Source: Candidatus Aenigmatarchaeota archaeon (GTDB taxonomy: Archaea > Aenigmatarchaeota > Aenigmatarchaeia > CG10238-14 > SCSR01). Taken from it: 64,000 nt of DNA. Position numbers and translations under genes: made by a program. Positions 9,391-19,285 of the stretch are shown one piece after another. The stretch is taken from NCBI GenBank assembly GCA_030615205.1, contig JAUWZS010000001.1, positions 10,019-74,018 on the forward strand. The letters are read 5' to 3'. Under the pieces are notes generated by a model, which did no database searches, had not been told where the DNA came from, and was given only the letters and a program-made list of their open reading frames with translations. Every line of letters starts with the position of its first letter. Positions within the stretch are counted from its first letter, which is position 1.

Positions 9391-11331
9391 ATGGAGTTGT
9401 TTGACATCGAAGATAATAAAGAAAAACTTAAGCTTATGGTGGGGGTATCAAGTGGTCTTTATACAATCGCAAGACCCCCTGAGCTGGCATCTGTTGTCCG
9501 TAAATTAGGCTTTGGGCTAACACGCGGCACTAATGCAATTGAGATAGCTGGAGATGTGCCACACGAGATAGATTTCACTCAAGGTAAGGAATTGCGTCAC
9601 ATTGCAGAGAAGCAGGGTCTTACCCTATTACTTCACGGTTCTTTGACGGTCCCGATGGCCATGCCTGAACGTGGTGAGTGGCGTGATGCACAAAATCATA
9701 TACAGAAATCTATACGCTCAGCTGTTATGGGTGGGTGCAAATATGTGAACTTCCACGCCTGTTTGCATTTCTGGCTTGAGATGATGACATATGCTGGACG
9801 CAAACTAACAATGGCTTTCTGTGATCATGAAGGTAAGTTTATAGACAAGATTTTGAAAGAAAATGATAAATTGAGAAAATGGTTCATTGAGAAGAAATGG
9901 GATATTTATGGCGGTGACATACTGGACAATGACGAGAGGGTAAGAGCTCAAATAGAAGCTGATAGAAAAATAGAAGAATGGAGACGAAGAGAATTAGCAG
10001 AAAGATTAAGGAGAGGGTTGCAAGGCCTCCCCGAGGAAGCTAGAGGAAACATAGAGAACATAGTAGAGCGTATATTGACTACAGGTGTTATACCGATAGG
10101 TTTGCCAGAAAACATTAGAGGAGCTCTACAAAAGATTATTGAGGATATGAGAAGTGACGTTGCTGAACAGGGCGCTAAAGACAGAAAAAAAGCTTTTCAA
10201 GATGTGATAGAGAAAAAACTCGAAAAAGGAGGAAAGTGGGATAGTGAGGAACTGCGCGCTGTTGTTGGGATAATAGATGGGTATCATATAATAGCGCATT
10301 ATCTTTATTACAGCAACGATCCAATCTGGCAAAGAATGTATGAAATGTACAAAGATGTTTTAGAAAGTGGCAGGTATAAGACAGTAACGTATTTTAAGAA
10401 TGGGAAAAATTACACCTATTCCCCTCGCGGGTTAGAAGGTGAGGTTGATTATTGGTTAGATGCTGCTTGGGAAAAAGCTGAAAGTGAAAATGACAGGGAG
10501 TTCAAAGAATTCTACTATGCTGTGTGCGCTGCGAAATACATAGAAGGCCATATGTCCATTGCGCTAAAGTGGATGAAAGATGAGAGCCCTGAAGGGCTGA
10601 TAGGAGGTATAACGGCTGAAGTAAAAGATGTTGAAGAAATTGAGAAATTGAGAAAGAATGCAAAAGATATTAGAATCACATTGGAAATACCAGATGCACG
10701 CTCCCCTGAATACGCCGGGCTTTATCTAATATGCCGGCCGAAACAGATATATGCTGCTGTAAAAACTATGCTCGCTCGGCTCAACACTGATAAACTACTT
10801 ATGTTGATAGATTTCGAGCATATAGCTACGCAAGGATTTGATCCCTTGAACGAAATAAGAGATTTCGTAAAACTAGCACCCGATGCTGGTAAATACATAT
10901 TATCATTGCACGTTACAAAACCTACGCCGCTTCATCATCATATACAGGTAGAGATAGGAGATGTAGAGGTCTATAAACTGCTTTGGGAACTTGCAAAAGT
11001 AGGACTTGGAAAATATCACACAACTTATTTAATTTTTGAGCGTGGTGGTGAAAGAGATCCATTCAAACAAAGCGTCACAGCAATAAGGTTAATGGTAGAG
11101 CAACTGAATCAGGGAACTACACCAGAGAACCTGATAGGCAAACCGAAGTTTTTCGGAGTAGCTGGTCCTACACCAGGTTCAGAAGAGCGGCAGCGTGTTA
11201 TAATACAAGAGCATGCACGCGACCCAATAGAAGGTCTGTTGGTCGTCCCGGAAGAGACGTATACATCTCTTGGAAAAGCCGGTATCGCAAAGATTGGCAA
11301 AGAAAAATGGAAAAAAGAAGAGTTGAGGTAG
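9391..11331 (+). CDS. Xylose-isomerase/AP-endonuclease-2-like TIM barrel protein with a large helical insertion
   Basis: AIEI, LLLHG, VNFHA, ITLE, IDFEH, SLHV, HH, LIFE metal-ligand pattern, interrupted by roughly 300 aa of helical sequence. Confidence 0.6.
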   Translation: MELFDIEDNKEKLKLMVGVSSGLYTIARPPELASVVRKLGFGLTRGTNAIEIAGDVPHEIDFTQGKELRHIAEKQGLTLLLHGSLTVPMAMPERGEWRDAQNHIQKSIRSAVMGGCKYVNFHACLHFWLEMMTYAGRKLTMAFCDHEGKFIDKILKENDKLRKWFIEKKWDIYGGDILDNDERVRAQIEADRKIEEWRRRELAERLRRGLQGLPEEARGNIENIVERILTTGVIPIGLPENIRGALQKIIEDMRSDVAEQGAKDRKKAFQDVIEKKLEKGGKWDSEELRAVVGIIDGYHIIAHYLYYSNDPIWQRMYEMYKDVLESGRYKTVTYFKNGKNYTYSPRGLEGEVDYWLDAAWEKAESENDREFKEFYYAVCAAKYIEGHMSIALKWMKDESPEGLIGGITAEVKDVEEIEKLRKNAKDIRITLEIPDARSPEYAGLYLICRPKQIYAAVKTMLARLNTDKLLMLIDFEHIATQGFDPLNEIRDFVKLAPDAGKYILSLHVTKPTPLHHHIQVEIGDVEVYKLLWELAKVGLGKYHTTYLIFERGGERDPFKQSVTAIRLMVEQLNQGTTPENLIGKPKFFGVAGPTPGSEERQRVIIQEHARDPIEGLLVVPEETYTSLGKAGIAKIGKEKWKKEELR

Positions 11332-11411
11332 TAGGCAAATAATTAATCTTAATCTGAAATTAACTACTCAAAAGTGATGGTAATCTTTATATATCCTACG
11401 CAATAAAGCAT

Positions 11412-12359
11412 ATGTATATGTCTTCAGAAAAGCATACGTCCTCAGAAAAACCATCAAAACCAAAACTGTTGAGGCCTATGGACAAACTAGAAAAAGAACT
11501 AGAAGACACGAAGCTTGTTAGAATTGAAGAAGAAACAAAACACAAAACAAGTGGAAGTGTAAAGAAGGCTAAAGGCTCAGAGAGTGGTAGGGTTCCTGAA
11601 GAAATTTTTAAAAAAGTCGTCAAATTCACAAATGCTGCGCGAATGGAGTATGGAAACATAATCAAATCAGTTCTTATTTTCGGTTCTGCTGCACGGGGCA
11701 CAATGAAAAGGGGGTCGGACGCGGATGTATGGGTTGTTCTTGATGATACTGCTACAAAAAGCACAGCCGACCTGAACAAAATCAACACACACTTGTATCT
11801 TATTGCCCACGGACTCAAAGATCTGCATATCCAAACCACAACACTCACAGAATTCTGGCAATGGATGAAACTCGGGAGCCCGGAGCTTGTAAATTTTCTG
11901 CGCTACAGTTTGCCTATATACGACACTGGGTTCATCAAACCAGTCAAACAAATGCTGGAAATGGGTCTTATACCGCCAAGCGAAGAGGCAATAAAGCTGA
12001 AAGCTCGTACGGCCAAGACGAGGCTGAAAAAAGTCAAGCTAGATCTTAAATCAATGGTTTTTGACTTGCGTTACACTGCTCTGGATATCTGTCAGGCTGT
12101 TGCAATGCATTACTATAAAAAACAGCCGGACGCAAAAGATATGCCTAAAATTCTGAACAAATTGGTGAAAGACAAAAAGTTGGAGCGCGTATACGTCAAA
12201 AAATTCAAACAGCTGAACAAATTGTGGAAAGATATAGACCACGAAAAAGTTAAAGATATTAATGCAAAGTACGCAGAAAGCGCGCTGGTTCTGGCAAATG
12301 AAATTTTCAAAAGAATGAACAAACTTTTACCGAAAGGTATCCGAGCAGAACAGAAATGA
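11412..12359 (+). CDS. Minimal nucleotidyltransferase (Pol beta superfamily) plus HEPN-like domain protein
   Basis: FGSAARG..GSDADVWVV motif; helical C-terminal domain with WKDIDH. Confidence 0.8.
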   Translation: MYMSSEKHTSSEKPSKPKLLRPMDKLEKELEDTKLVRIEEETKHKTSGSVKKAKGSESGRVPEEIFKKVVKFTNAARMEYGNIIKSVLIFGSAARGTMKRGSDADVWVVLDDTATKSTADLNKINTHLYLIAHGLKDLHIQTTTLTEFWQWMKLGSPELVNFLRYSLPIYDTGFIKPVKQMLEMGLIPPSEEAIKLKARTAKTRLKKVKLDLKSMVFDLRYTALDICQAVAMHYYKKQPDAKDMPKILNKLVKDKKLERVYVKKFKQLNKLWKDIDHEKVKDINAKYAESALVLANEIFKRMNKLLPKGIRAEQK

Positions 12360-12380
12360 TGCAAGAGGGCGATTAAAAAA

Positions 12381-13589
12381 ATGAAAAGAAAGAGAAAACC
12401 TAACAAGAAGAAAGAGAAACCTCTGCTAACAAAAGAAGAAAGGGTAAAAGAAGTTAAAAAATTCACAAAAGAAGTCTTGAAAAAATACGGTAAGCTTATC
12501 AAATGTGTAGTTGTTATGGGTTCCGTTGCGCGTGAAGAGTTTAAGCCAAAGAGTGACATAGATGTTTTCGTAGTGATTGATGATACAGCAAAAAAAATGA
12601 CACGTAATATGCACGATCAAATAGACTCGGACATAGAAAAAATAGCAAAGAGCACTTCCAAAGTTTTGTCCATTCAGCCTAGCTACACACTAACAGAATT
12701 CTGGGACTATGCGCGCGTCTGCCACCCGATAATCTACAATTTTATTAAAGAGGGCATAGCCGTGTATGATGCTGGATTTTTCATGCCAATCAAGCGATTA
12801 TTGAAAATGGGTCGAATACCATCCACACGCGAAGCAATCGAAAGCTATATGGAAGGCGCGCCGAAGAAGCTGATGCGTGCAAAGACTGTGAAGCTGCTTA
12901 TGCTTGCCGAGGATTGCTATTATGCTATGCTTAATACAACGCAGGCTGTTTTGATGTTCATGGGCCTAGCTCCGCCTGTGCCGAATAAAGCATATGATGA
13001 TGTGAAAAAGTTCTTGGTTGAGCCTGGCATACTTGAGCCGAAATATGCTGAGTGGCTCAAGGAGATAATTAAAGTCCGCAAAAAGATCGAGCACAAAGAA
13101 ATGATGGATGCGAGCGGAGCATTTGTAGACGAATGGATAGACAAAGCAGAGAAATACGTAGAAAAGATGTTTGGGCTGTTAAACGCGCTAGAGCTCCGCA
13201 AGATGGAAAAAATCCTAGAGCGGACGCACGAAGTTATGTACAAAGCAGCTATAACTGCACTTAAGAGCTTAAAAAAGATGCCTGAGAGAGAATCGCAGAT
13301 TCCTCTTGTGTTTAAACGTGAGTTCATCGACGCAAAACTAATAGAGCCATATTATTATGATATTTGGAAGCGCATCGAAAGCATGAAAAAACAAGTAGAT
13401 ACAGATAAAAAGAAAATACGCGACATTCCGGAAAAAGAAGTCTATCAGATGCGTGAATACATCCGCAAAATGATACGGGACCTTGCAAAAGTGTTAAAGG
13501 AAAAGGGAATCAAAGATGTTGAAGAAGACGTAAAAGAAGAAATTGAAACACAGCCCAAAAAAGAAAATGCGAAAGAAAATAAAAATTAG
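12381..13589 (+). CDS. Minimal nucleotidyltransferase plus HEPN domain protein
   Basis: MGSVAR...KSDIDVFVV motif; YYAM helix and RKKIEH (RxxxxH). Confidence 0.82.
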   Translation: MKRKRKPNKKKEKPLLTKEERVKEVKKFTKEVLKKYGKLIKCVVVMGSVAREEFKPKSDIDVFVVIDDTAKKMTRNMHDQIDSDIEKIAKSTSKVLSIQPSYTLTEFWDYARVCHPIIYNFIKEGIAVYDAGFFMPIKRLLKMGRIPSTREAIESYMEGAPKKLMRAKTVKLLMLAEDCYYAMLNTTQAVLMFMGLAPPVPNKAYDDVKKFLVEPGILEPKYAEWLKEIIKVRKKIEHKEMMDASGAFVDEWIDKAEKYVEKMFGLLNALELRKMEKILERTHEVMYKAAITALKSLKKMPERESQIPLVFKREFIDAKLIEPYYYDIWKRIESMKKQVDTDKKKIRDIPEKEVYQMREYIRKMIRDLAKVLKEKGIKDVEEDVKEEIETQPKKENAKENKN

Positions 13590-13591
13590 TT

Positions 13592-14629
13592 TTACTCGTC
13601 CTTAGCTCGCTTTTCGACTTCTTCCACAATTCCTAATTTTTCTATGAGCTCTTTATAGCGATTTCGGATTGTGACTTCAGTAACACCTACGATGTCTGCA
13701 ACCTCACGCTGCGTTCTCTTTTCGCCTCCTAACACACAAGCAACGTATATCGCAGCTGCTGAAACACCTGTTGGACCTTTTCCTGAAGTGATGTCAAATT
13801 TCTTAGCTTTTCTTAGAATCTCAATTGCTTTTGCCTGTACTTTGTCGCTCAATCCAAGCAGGCTACAAAAGCGTGGGACATAATGCACAGGGTTTGCAGG
13901 AAGAATTCTTATGCCAAGCTCCCTTGATATATATCGATATGTTCTACCGATTTCTCTTTTTTCAACCCCACTTGCTTCTGATATTTCTTCAAGAGTACGT
14001 GGTGTTTCGAATTCTCTGCTCACAGCATAAGTTATGGCCGCCACAACAGATTCTATACTTCTTCCGCGGACTAGGCCTTTGTTTACAGCTTGCTCGTAAT
14101 ATCTTGCTATTCTTTCATGTACAGGGTGAGGAAGACTCAAAAATGAAATTACTCTTTGTAACTCAGAAAGCGCAAATGAAAGATTCCTATCCTTAGATTT
14201 TATCAATCGTTTGTGCCATTTTGTCAATCTGTAATATTGCGCTCGCTTCTTTGCTGGGACTTTATACAGCTCGCCAAGACCTTTTCCAATTTCAGTTGTA
14301 AGCCCTTTGTCATGCTTAGTAAAAGTCAAAGGTGCTCCACCTCTAGCACGCCTGCTCATCTGTTCGCTGTCAAAAGCCCTCCACTCCTGTCCAGTATCAA
14401 CAATATCGTGCTTCATAATAAATCCACATTTGGCGCAGTATCTTTCGCCTCTAGAAGCATCCTCGATAAAACGTGTGTTGCCACATTCAGGACAAACATG
14501 CTCTCTTCTTATAGGAGTCACAAGAGCTTTCGTAGTTTTTTTTCTTTTTATAGTTTTTCTTTTTCTTGCTTTCGCAGGTTTTCTTTTTGTAGTTTTTCTA
14601 CTTGTCTTGGTTTTCTTCTTACGTGCCAT
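13592..14629 (-). CDS. tfb: Transcription initiation factor IIB
   Basis: CPECG...CAKCG Zn ribbon, EWRAF B-reader, two cyclin repeats (GRSIES, GKGPTG, VTEVTIRNRYKEL). Confidence 0.97.
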   Translation of the reverse strand: MARKKKTKTSRKTTKRKPAKARKRKTIKRKKTTKALVTPIRREHVCPECGNTRFIEDASRGERYCAKCGFIMKHDIVDTGQEWRAFDSEQMSRRARGGAPLTFTKHDKGLTTEIGKGLGELYKVPAKKRAQYYRLTKWHKRLIKSKDRNLSFALSELQRVISFLSLPHPVHERIARYYEQAVNKGLVRGRSIESVVAAITYAVSREFETPRTLEEISEASGVEKREIGRTYRYISRELGIRILPANPVHYVPRFCSLLGLSDKVQAKAIEILRKAKKFDITSGKGPTGVSAAAIYVACVLGGEKRTQREVADIVGVTEVTIRNRYKELIEKLGIVEEVEKRAKDE

Positions 14630-14878
14630 TTTTTATCACTCTATAGTGAAACCCACAATTGAAACTTATTAAACTATGCACCAAAAGGTATTTAAAGCTT
14701 ACGTTTTTGACTATCTTCTTGTTCCTGCTCGCAGTTTCAAGCACGACGGACATTCTATCCATATGTGCACATTCTATCTTAACATTTGTACCTTAAAACT
14801 CCTATTTTACGCAAGAGATAAAATTATTGAAATGTAAATAAGATTATTGATTTTATTGATTAAAAAATTGGTGGAAGC

Positions 14879-15094
14879 ATGGTAAAAGACTTTCCTTTAA
14901 CTCCGTTGGAGCGTGTGATGCGAAAGGCTGGTGCAGAACGTGTCTCAGGACCTGCAATAAAAGAAATGAAAAACATAATGCTTGAAATCGCGGACAAGAT
15001 TTCAATGAACGCGATGGCCGCTGCAAAACATGCGAAACGTGTTACAATTAAAAGAGAAGATATAGTGCTGGCAACAAGATCTGACAGATCGTAA
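14879..15094 (+). CDS. Archaeal histone
   Basis: PLTPLERVMRKAGAERVS...AKHAKRVTIKREDI histone fold. Confidence 0.95.
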   Translation: MVKDFPLTPLERVMRKAGAERVSGPAIKEMKNIMLEIADKISMNAMAAAKHAKRVTIKREDIVLATRSDRS

Positions 15095-15117
15095 AAAATC
15101 TGACAGGGTGTGAAAAA

Positions 15118-15504
15118 ATGAAAATTAGCGCGATTATAAATAAGCTTAAACCTGGCGGATTCATACTTATAGATGATGTACCGTGTCGCGTGGAAAAAGT
15201 ACAGACAAGTTCTACTGGTAAGCACGGACATGCAAAGGTACGAGTAGACGCAATCGGAATTTTAGATGGCCGCAGACGAAGCATGGTCAAACCGTCTGGC
15301 GAGACTGTTGGCGTACCAATAGTAAATAAACACATTGCGCAAATACTTGCAATAGTCGGCGAGAATGCCCAGCTCATGGACATGGAGAGTTATGAGGTGT
15401 TCGAACTTCCAATACCAGAGGCGCTTAAAGATCAGCTTGAAGCTGGTAAAGAGATCGCGTATTTTGAGCTTGTAGGAATAAAGACATTGAAACAAATCAA
15501 GTAA
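15118..15504 (+). CDS. eif5a: Translation factor aIF5A
   Basis: STGKHGHAK hypusination motif. Confidence 0.96.
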   Translation: MKISAIINKLKPGGFILIDDVPCRVEKVQTSSTGKHGHAKVRVDAIGILDGRRRSMVKPSGETVGVPIVNKHIAQILAIVGENAQLMDMESYEVFELPIPEALKDQLEAGKEIAYFELVGIKTLKQIK

Positions 15505-15576
15505 AAAGTTTTATCAACAAACGAACAAATTTTTTTAAATAAGGTATTTTTAAAACGGAAAAAACAAAATAAATGT

Positions 15577-15963
15577 ATGTGCATGGAAAAAAAGATGATA
15601 GCCTTTACGGTCTTGTTAGGATTTCTAATAACTGTAGCAACGTCACTTGTCCCTAATATGTACGTTATCGGCGAATTTCCAGATGTGAGATGCGTTTCGA
15701 CTCCTATTGTTGGAGTCGGCTATTGGGGAGTACCTTTACCATGGATTAAGCAGGTAGTATATCCTGGAGCGCCTAAACAAATCATTCCATCGCATTTCAT
15801 ACTTGATGTGGTGTTCTGGATAGTGGTCGTGTTCGTGATAAAGCTGTTCTACCTTACAGTAATCAAAGGGCAAAAGCCGAGGAGAAAAACAATACGCAAG
15901 GCCAGGCGTAAAAAGAAGAAAAGAAAACCTAAGAGAAAAACAAGAAGAATGAGACGGAGATAG
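15577..15963 (+). CDS. Membrane protein with basic C-terminal tail
   Basis: Two hydrophobic helices, WGVPLPW, F..D..FW, K/R-rich tail. Confidence 0.75.
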   Translation: MCMEKKMIAFTVLLGFLITVATSLVPNMYVIGEFPDVRCVSTPIVGVGYWGVPLPWIKQVVYPGAPKQIIPSHFILDVVFWIVVVFVIKLFYLTVIKGQKPRRKTIRKARRKKKKRKPKRKTRRMRRR

Positions 15964-16161
15964 CTTTCGACTGCATAACTTTCTTTTATTTTATCTAATT
16001 TTTTACACAATTTAATTCATTTTTAAATTTTTAATCCTGGTAAACAAGAATTAAAAAGATAACTATCTAAATGATTGAAATAAGGATTTGAAATAAATGA
16101 TTGAAAAAAAAAAGTTTGAAATAAAGGTCTGAAATGAGAATTTTAAATAAGGCAGATTTAA

Positions 16162-17886
16162 ATGAAGCGACTATTCCATAACGGAGTATTGGTGTCCAAG
16201 TACGGACCGAGAGGATTCCATGTGCGTATCAGAGGCAAGAGTATAAAGCTCAGCCCAGTGCAAGAAGAGATGGCTGTTGCTTGGGTGAAAAAACTGGGTA
16301 CAGACTACGTAAACGACAGCATATTTGTTAGAAACTTTTTCACAGATTTTGGAAAGGCACTTGGGATTGACGGAAAAGTCGCCAGAGAAGATTTTGATTT
16401 TTCTGAAATAGAGAGATTCGTCGAGCAGGAGAGAGAAAAGAAGCTTAGCATGTCTAAAGAAGAGAAGAAAGCACTTGCAGCACAGCGGAAAAAAATACGC
16501 GAAGCAAACAAAGAAAAACATGGATATGCAGAAGTAGATGGTGAGCGAGTCGAGATTTCAAATTATGTTGTTGAACCGAGCTCGATATTCATGGGCCGTG
16601 GCAAACATCCGTTGCGCGGCAGATGGAAACAAGGCGCAAGACAGAGCGATATAACATTAAACGTATCACCCGATTCAAAAATCCCTGCAGGTGATTGGAA
16701 AGAGATTATTTGGGACCCGAGCTGTATGTGGATCGCAAGATGGGACGACAAATTGACTGGGAAGAAAAAATACATCTGGCTTTCTGAAACATCGTATATT
16801 AGACAAAAAAAGGAAATTGACAAATTCGAAAAGGCAAACGAGCTGGCAAAGGAATACAACCGAATCAAAAAGCACATCATGGAGAATCTAAGCTCGGAAA
16901 ACCAAAAAAGGAGAAAGATAGCAACTGTTTGTTATTTGATAGACGTGCTTAACATAAGGATCGGTGATGAAAAAGACAAAGATGAAGCTGATACTGTTGG
17001 CGCTACTACTTTGACAAAGAAGAACATTATCATAAAATCTGGCAACATCATCGAATTCGATTTTATAGGGAAGGATTTTGTGCGATTGAAAAGAGAAATC
17101 AGGCTGCCTGACCAAGTCGTGAAGAACATCGATGAGCTGATCTCAGCTGCAACAAGCCCAAAATCTTGCATATTCAACGGCGTACGCTCTGAAAATGTGA
17201 GCCTTTTTTTGGACGAGATCGCGCCTGGGATGAGCTCAAAAGTTTTCAGAACATATCATACCACAGAAGCTGTAACAGGCTTTTTGAAAAAAGCTGATGT
17301 GGATAAAAACGATTCTGAGGCGCAGAAAAAACATGTTGCAAAGATGGCCAACCTTCAAGCTGCTATACTGTGCAACCACAAACGCAAAATCCCAAAAAGT
17401 TGGCAAGCCTCGTTGGATAGGAAAAAGCTGCGGCTAAAGTTGCGCAAAGTAAAGGCGAAAGAAGCTGTAAAGAAGCTGGAGCAGAAAGCAATTGAGCATG
17501 AGCGGAAATACGAAGAGAAACTGAAAAAATATCAAAACCAGCTCGCAGAAAGAGAAAAACAAGGAAAATCTGTCAAAAAGTTGAAAGAGCGCATCAAGAA
17601 ACTAAAGATAAAACACAAGGAGCGCATGAAAAAGCTTAATGAGCGTGTTGAAAATAGAAAACAACGCGACAAAGCTTACATAGAGAAACTGAAACTGCAG
17701 ATCAAGGAGCAAGAGGCAACTCGGGATTATAATTTGGCCACATCGCTGAAAAGCTACATAGACCCACGGGTGTATAAAAAATGGTTCGAGAAGTTCGGTT
17801 TTGATTGGAAGGATTATTACCCCAAAACGCTTCAACGCAAATTCTCCTGGATTGAAAAAGATAAAAAAGAAAAAACAATAAATTAA
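16162..17886 (+). CDS. DNA topoisomerase IB, eukaryote-like long form
   Basis: GRGKHPLRGRWK, IRIGDEKD..EADTVGATTL, FIGKD, KVFRTY, AILCNH, coiled-coil linker, TSLKSYIDPR with the catalytic Tyr. Confidence 0.95.
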   Translation: MKRLFHNGVLVSKYGPRGFHVRIRGKSIKLSPVQEEMAVAWVKKLGTDYVNDSIFVRNFFTDFGKALGIDGKVAREDFDFSEIERFVEQEREKKLSMSKEEKKALAAQRKKIREANKEKHGYAEVDGERVEISNYVVEPSSIFMGRGKHPLRGRWKQGARQSDITLNVSPDSKIPAGDWKEIIWDPSCMWIARWDDKLTGKKKYIWLSETSYIRQKKEIDKFEKANELAKEYNRIKKHIMENLSSENQKRRKIATVCYLIDVLNIRIGDEKDKDEADTVGATTLTKKNIIIKSGNIIEFDFIGKDFVRLKREIRLPDQVVKNIDELISAATSPKSCIFNGVRSENVSLFLDEIAPGMSSKVFRTYHTTEAVTGFLKKADVDKNDSEAQKKHVAKMANLQAAILCNHKRKIPKSWQASLDRKKLRLKLRKVKAKEAVKKLEQKAIEHERKYEEKLKKYQNQLAEREKQGKSVKKLKERIKKLKIKHKERMKKLNERVENRKQRDKAYIEKLKLQIKEQEATRDYNLATSLKSYIDPRVYKKWFEKFGFDWKDYYPKTLQRKFSWIEKDKKEKTIN

Positions 17887-17895
17887 TAGAGTATT

Positions 17896-18168
17896 ATGGT
17901 GAAAAAGAAGCGGCGGAAAAGTTCTAAAAGATCTAAAAGGGCCAAAAGGCCTAAAAGACGCAGCAGTTCAAAAGTGCGAAGGCTGTACAGATCAGGAAAA
18001 AATAAGATAATAGGCGGAGTTTGCGGCGGCGTTGCTGAATATCTAGATGTGGACCCGGTGATAGTCCGGCTTCTATGGGCCATTGGTGCATTTGCCTGGG
18101 GCACTGCAATTCTTCTGTACATAATAGCATGGATAATAATGCCTAGAAATCCTGATCATAGATGGTAG
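17896..18168 (+). CDS. PspC domain protein
   Basis: RLYRS...IIGGVCGGVAEYLDVDPVIVRL...YIIAWIIMP. Confidence 0.92.
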   Translation: MVKKKRRKSSKRSKRAKRPKRRSSSKVRRLYRSGKNKIIGGVCGGVAEYLDVDPVIVRLLWAIGAFAWGTAILLYIIAWIIMPRNPDHRW

Positions 18169-18171
18169 CAC

Positions 18172-18456
18172 ATGCTCAGAATTCACGCATTTGTCTCAGG
18201 AATGGTTCAAGGAGTCTCCTTCAGATCTGAAACGAAAAGAATAGCCAAAAATTTAGACATTAAAGGCTGGATTAAAAACTTACCAGACAATAGAGTTGAA
18301 ATTATAGCAGAAGGGGAAAAAGATAAGATTGATGTATTGATAGAATTTTTAAAGAAAGGGCCTCCAGCTGCAAAAGTAGATAACGTAGATGTGAAAATAG
18401 AAAATCATAAGGGTGAATTCAAAGATTTTAGTATTAAGTACTGGTCATCTCCTTAA
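18172..18456 (+). CDS. acyP: Acylphosphatase
   Basis: VSGMVQGVSFR, GWIKNLPDNRVE, GPPAAKV. Confidence 0.95.
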   Translation: MLRIHAFVSGMVQGVSFRSETKRIAKNLDIKGWIKNLPDNRVEIIAEGEKDKIDVLIEFLKKGPPAAKVDNVDVKIENHKGEFKDFSIKYWSSP

Positions 18457-18509
18457 GAATTATCAACGAAACTCGAAATCAAAAAAATTATGTTTTTATT
18501 TACGCTTAA

Positions 18510-19274
18510 ATGGAAAGTTATTATAGTGAATGTATGAACCCGTTTCTTTTAATAGCGCAGATAGGAATGTTGCTTGTCGGATTGGTTGCTGTGCTTTGGT
18601 GGAAAATAAACAAGAAGGTGAAGTGGAAGTATTTTTGTTTTGGAGCATTGTTGTGGATAATAGCCATAGTACCAAAAGTCATAATGGATTTTACAGTATC
18701 GGCTTATCTTTTAGTGTGGTTAAGCAGTTATGGAATTGCTGCGATGCTGGTTGGTATGGGACTATATGTTGGTCTTAGAACTGGATTTTTCGAATCTGGC
18801 TTTAGCTATCTGGCAATCGCAAAGACCAAATTCAGAAAAATGAAATTGAATGAAGCGCTGGCATTCGGCATAGGCTTCGGTTCGATAGAGGCGATTGCAA
18901 TAGGCCTTATAGGATTAATTAGTATGCTTGTTCTCATTTCAAATCCTGCACTGGTGGAACTTCTCCCGCCTGCCCAACAAGCAGCCTTAGATCTGCCGAC
19001 TATCCTAGTTTTTGCGCCAATTATAGAAAGGACGGCTGCAGTGATGATTCACGTGTTCAGTTCGATGCTTGTAGTCTATGCTGTTGTAAAAAGAAAAATA
19101 AATTACCTGTTCATTTCAATCTTGTTCAAAACTTTAGTGGATGGGATAATACCACTATTGACCTACGCCTTCGATTTAACAACAGTCACTGGGATATACA
19201 TGATTGAAATCCCGTTTGTTGTTCTCGGAGTGCTGGCCTTTTACGGAACAAAATTGGTCGCAAAGAAATTCTAA
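18510..19274 (+). CDS. YhfC-family intramembrane protease-like protein
   Basis: Multi-TM; GFFE, AFGIGFGSIEA, ER....IH motifs (first motif degenerate). Confidence 0.75.
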   Translation: MESYYSECMNPFLLIAQIGMLLVGLVAVLWWKINKKVKWKYFCFGALLWIIAIVPKVIMDFTVSAYLLVWLSSYGIAAMLVGMGLYVGLRTGFFESGFSYLAIAKTKFRKMKLNEALAFGIGFGSIEAIAIGLIGLISMLVLISNPALVELLPPAQQAALDLPTILVFAPIIERTAAVMIHVFSSMLVVYAVVKRKINYLFISILFKTLVDGIIPLLTYAFDLTTVTGIYMIEIPFVVLGVLAFYGTKLVAKKF

Positions 19275-19285
19275 TTCTAGAAAAA

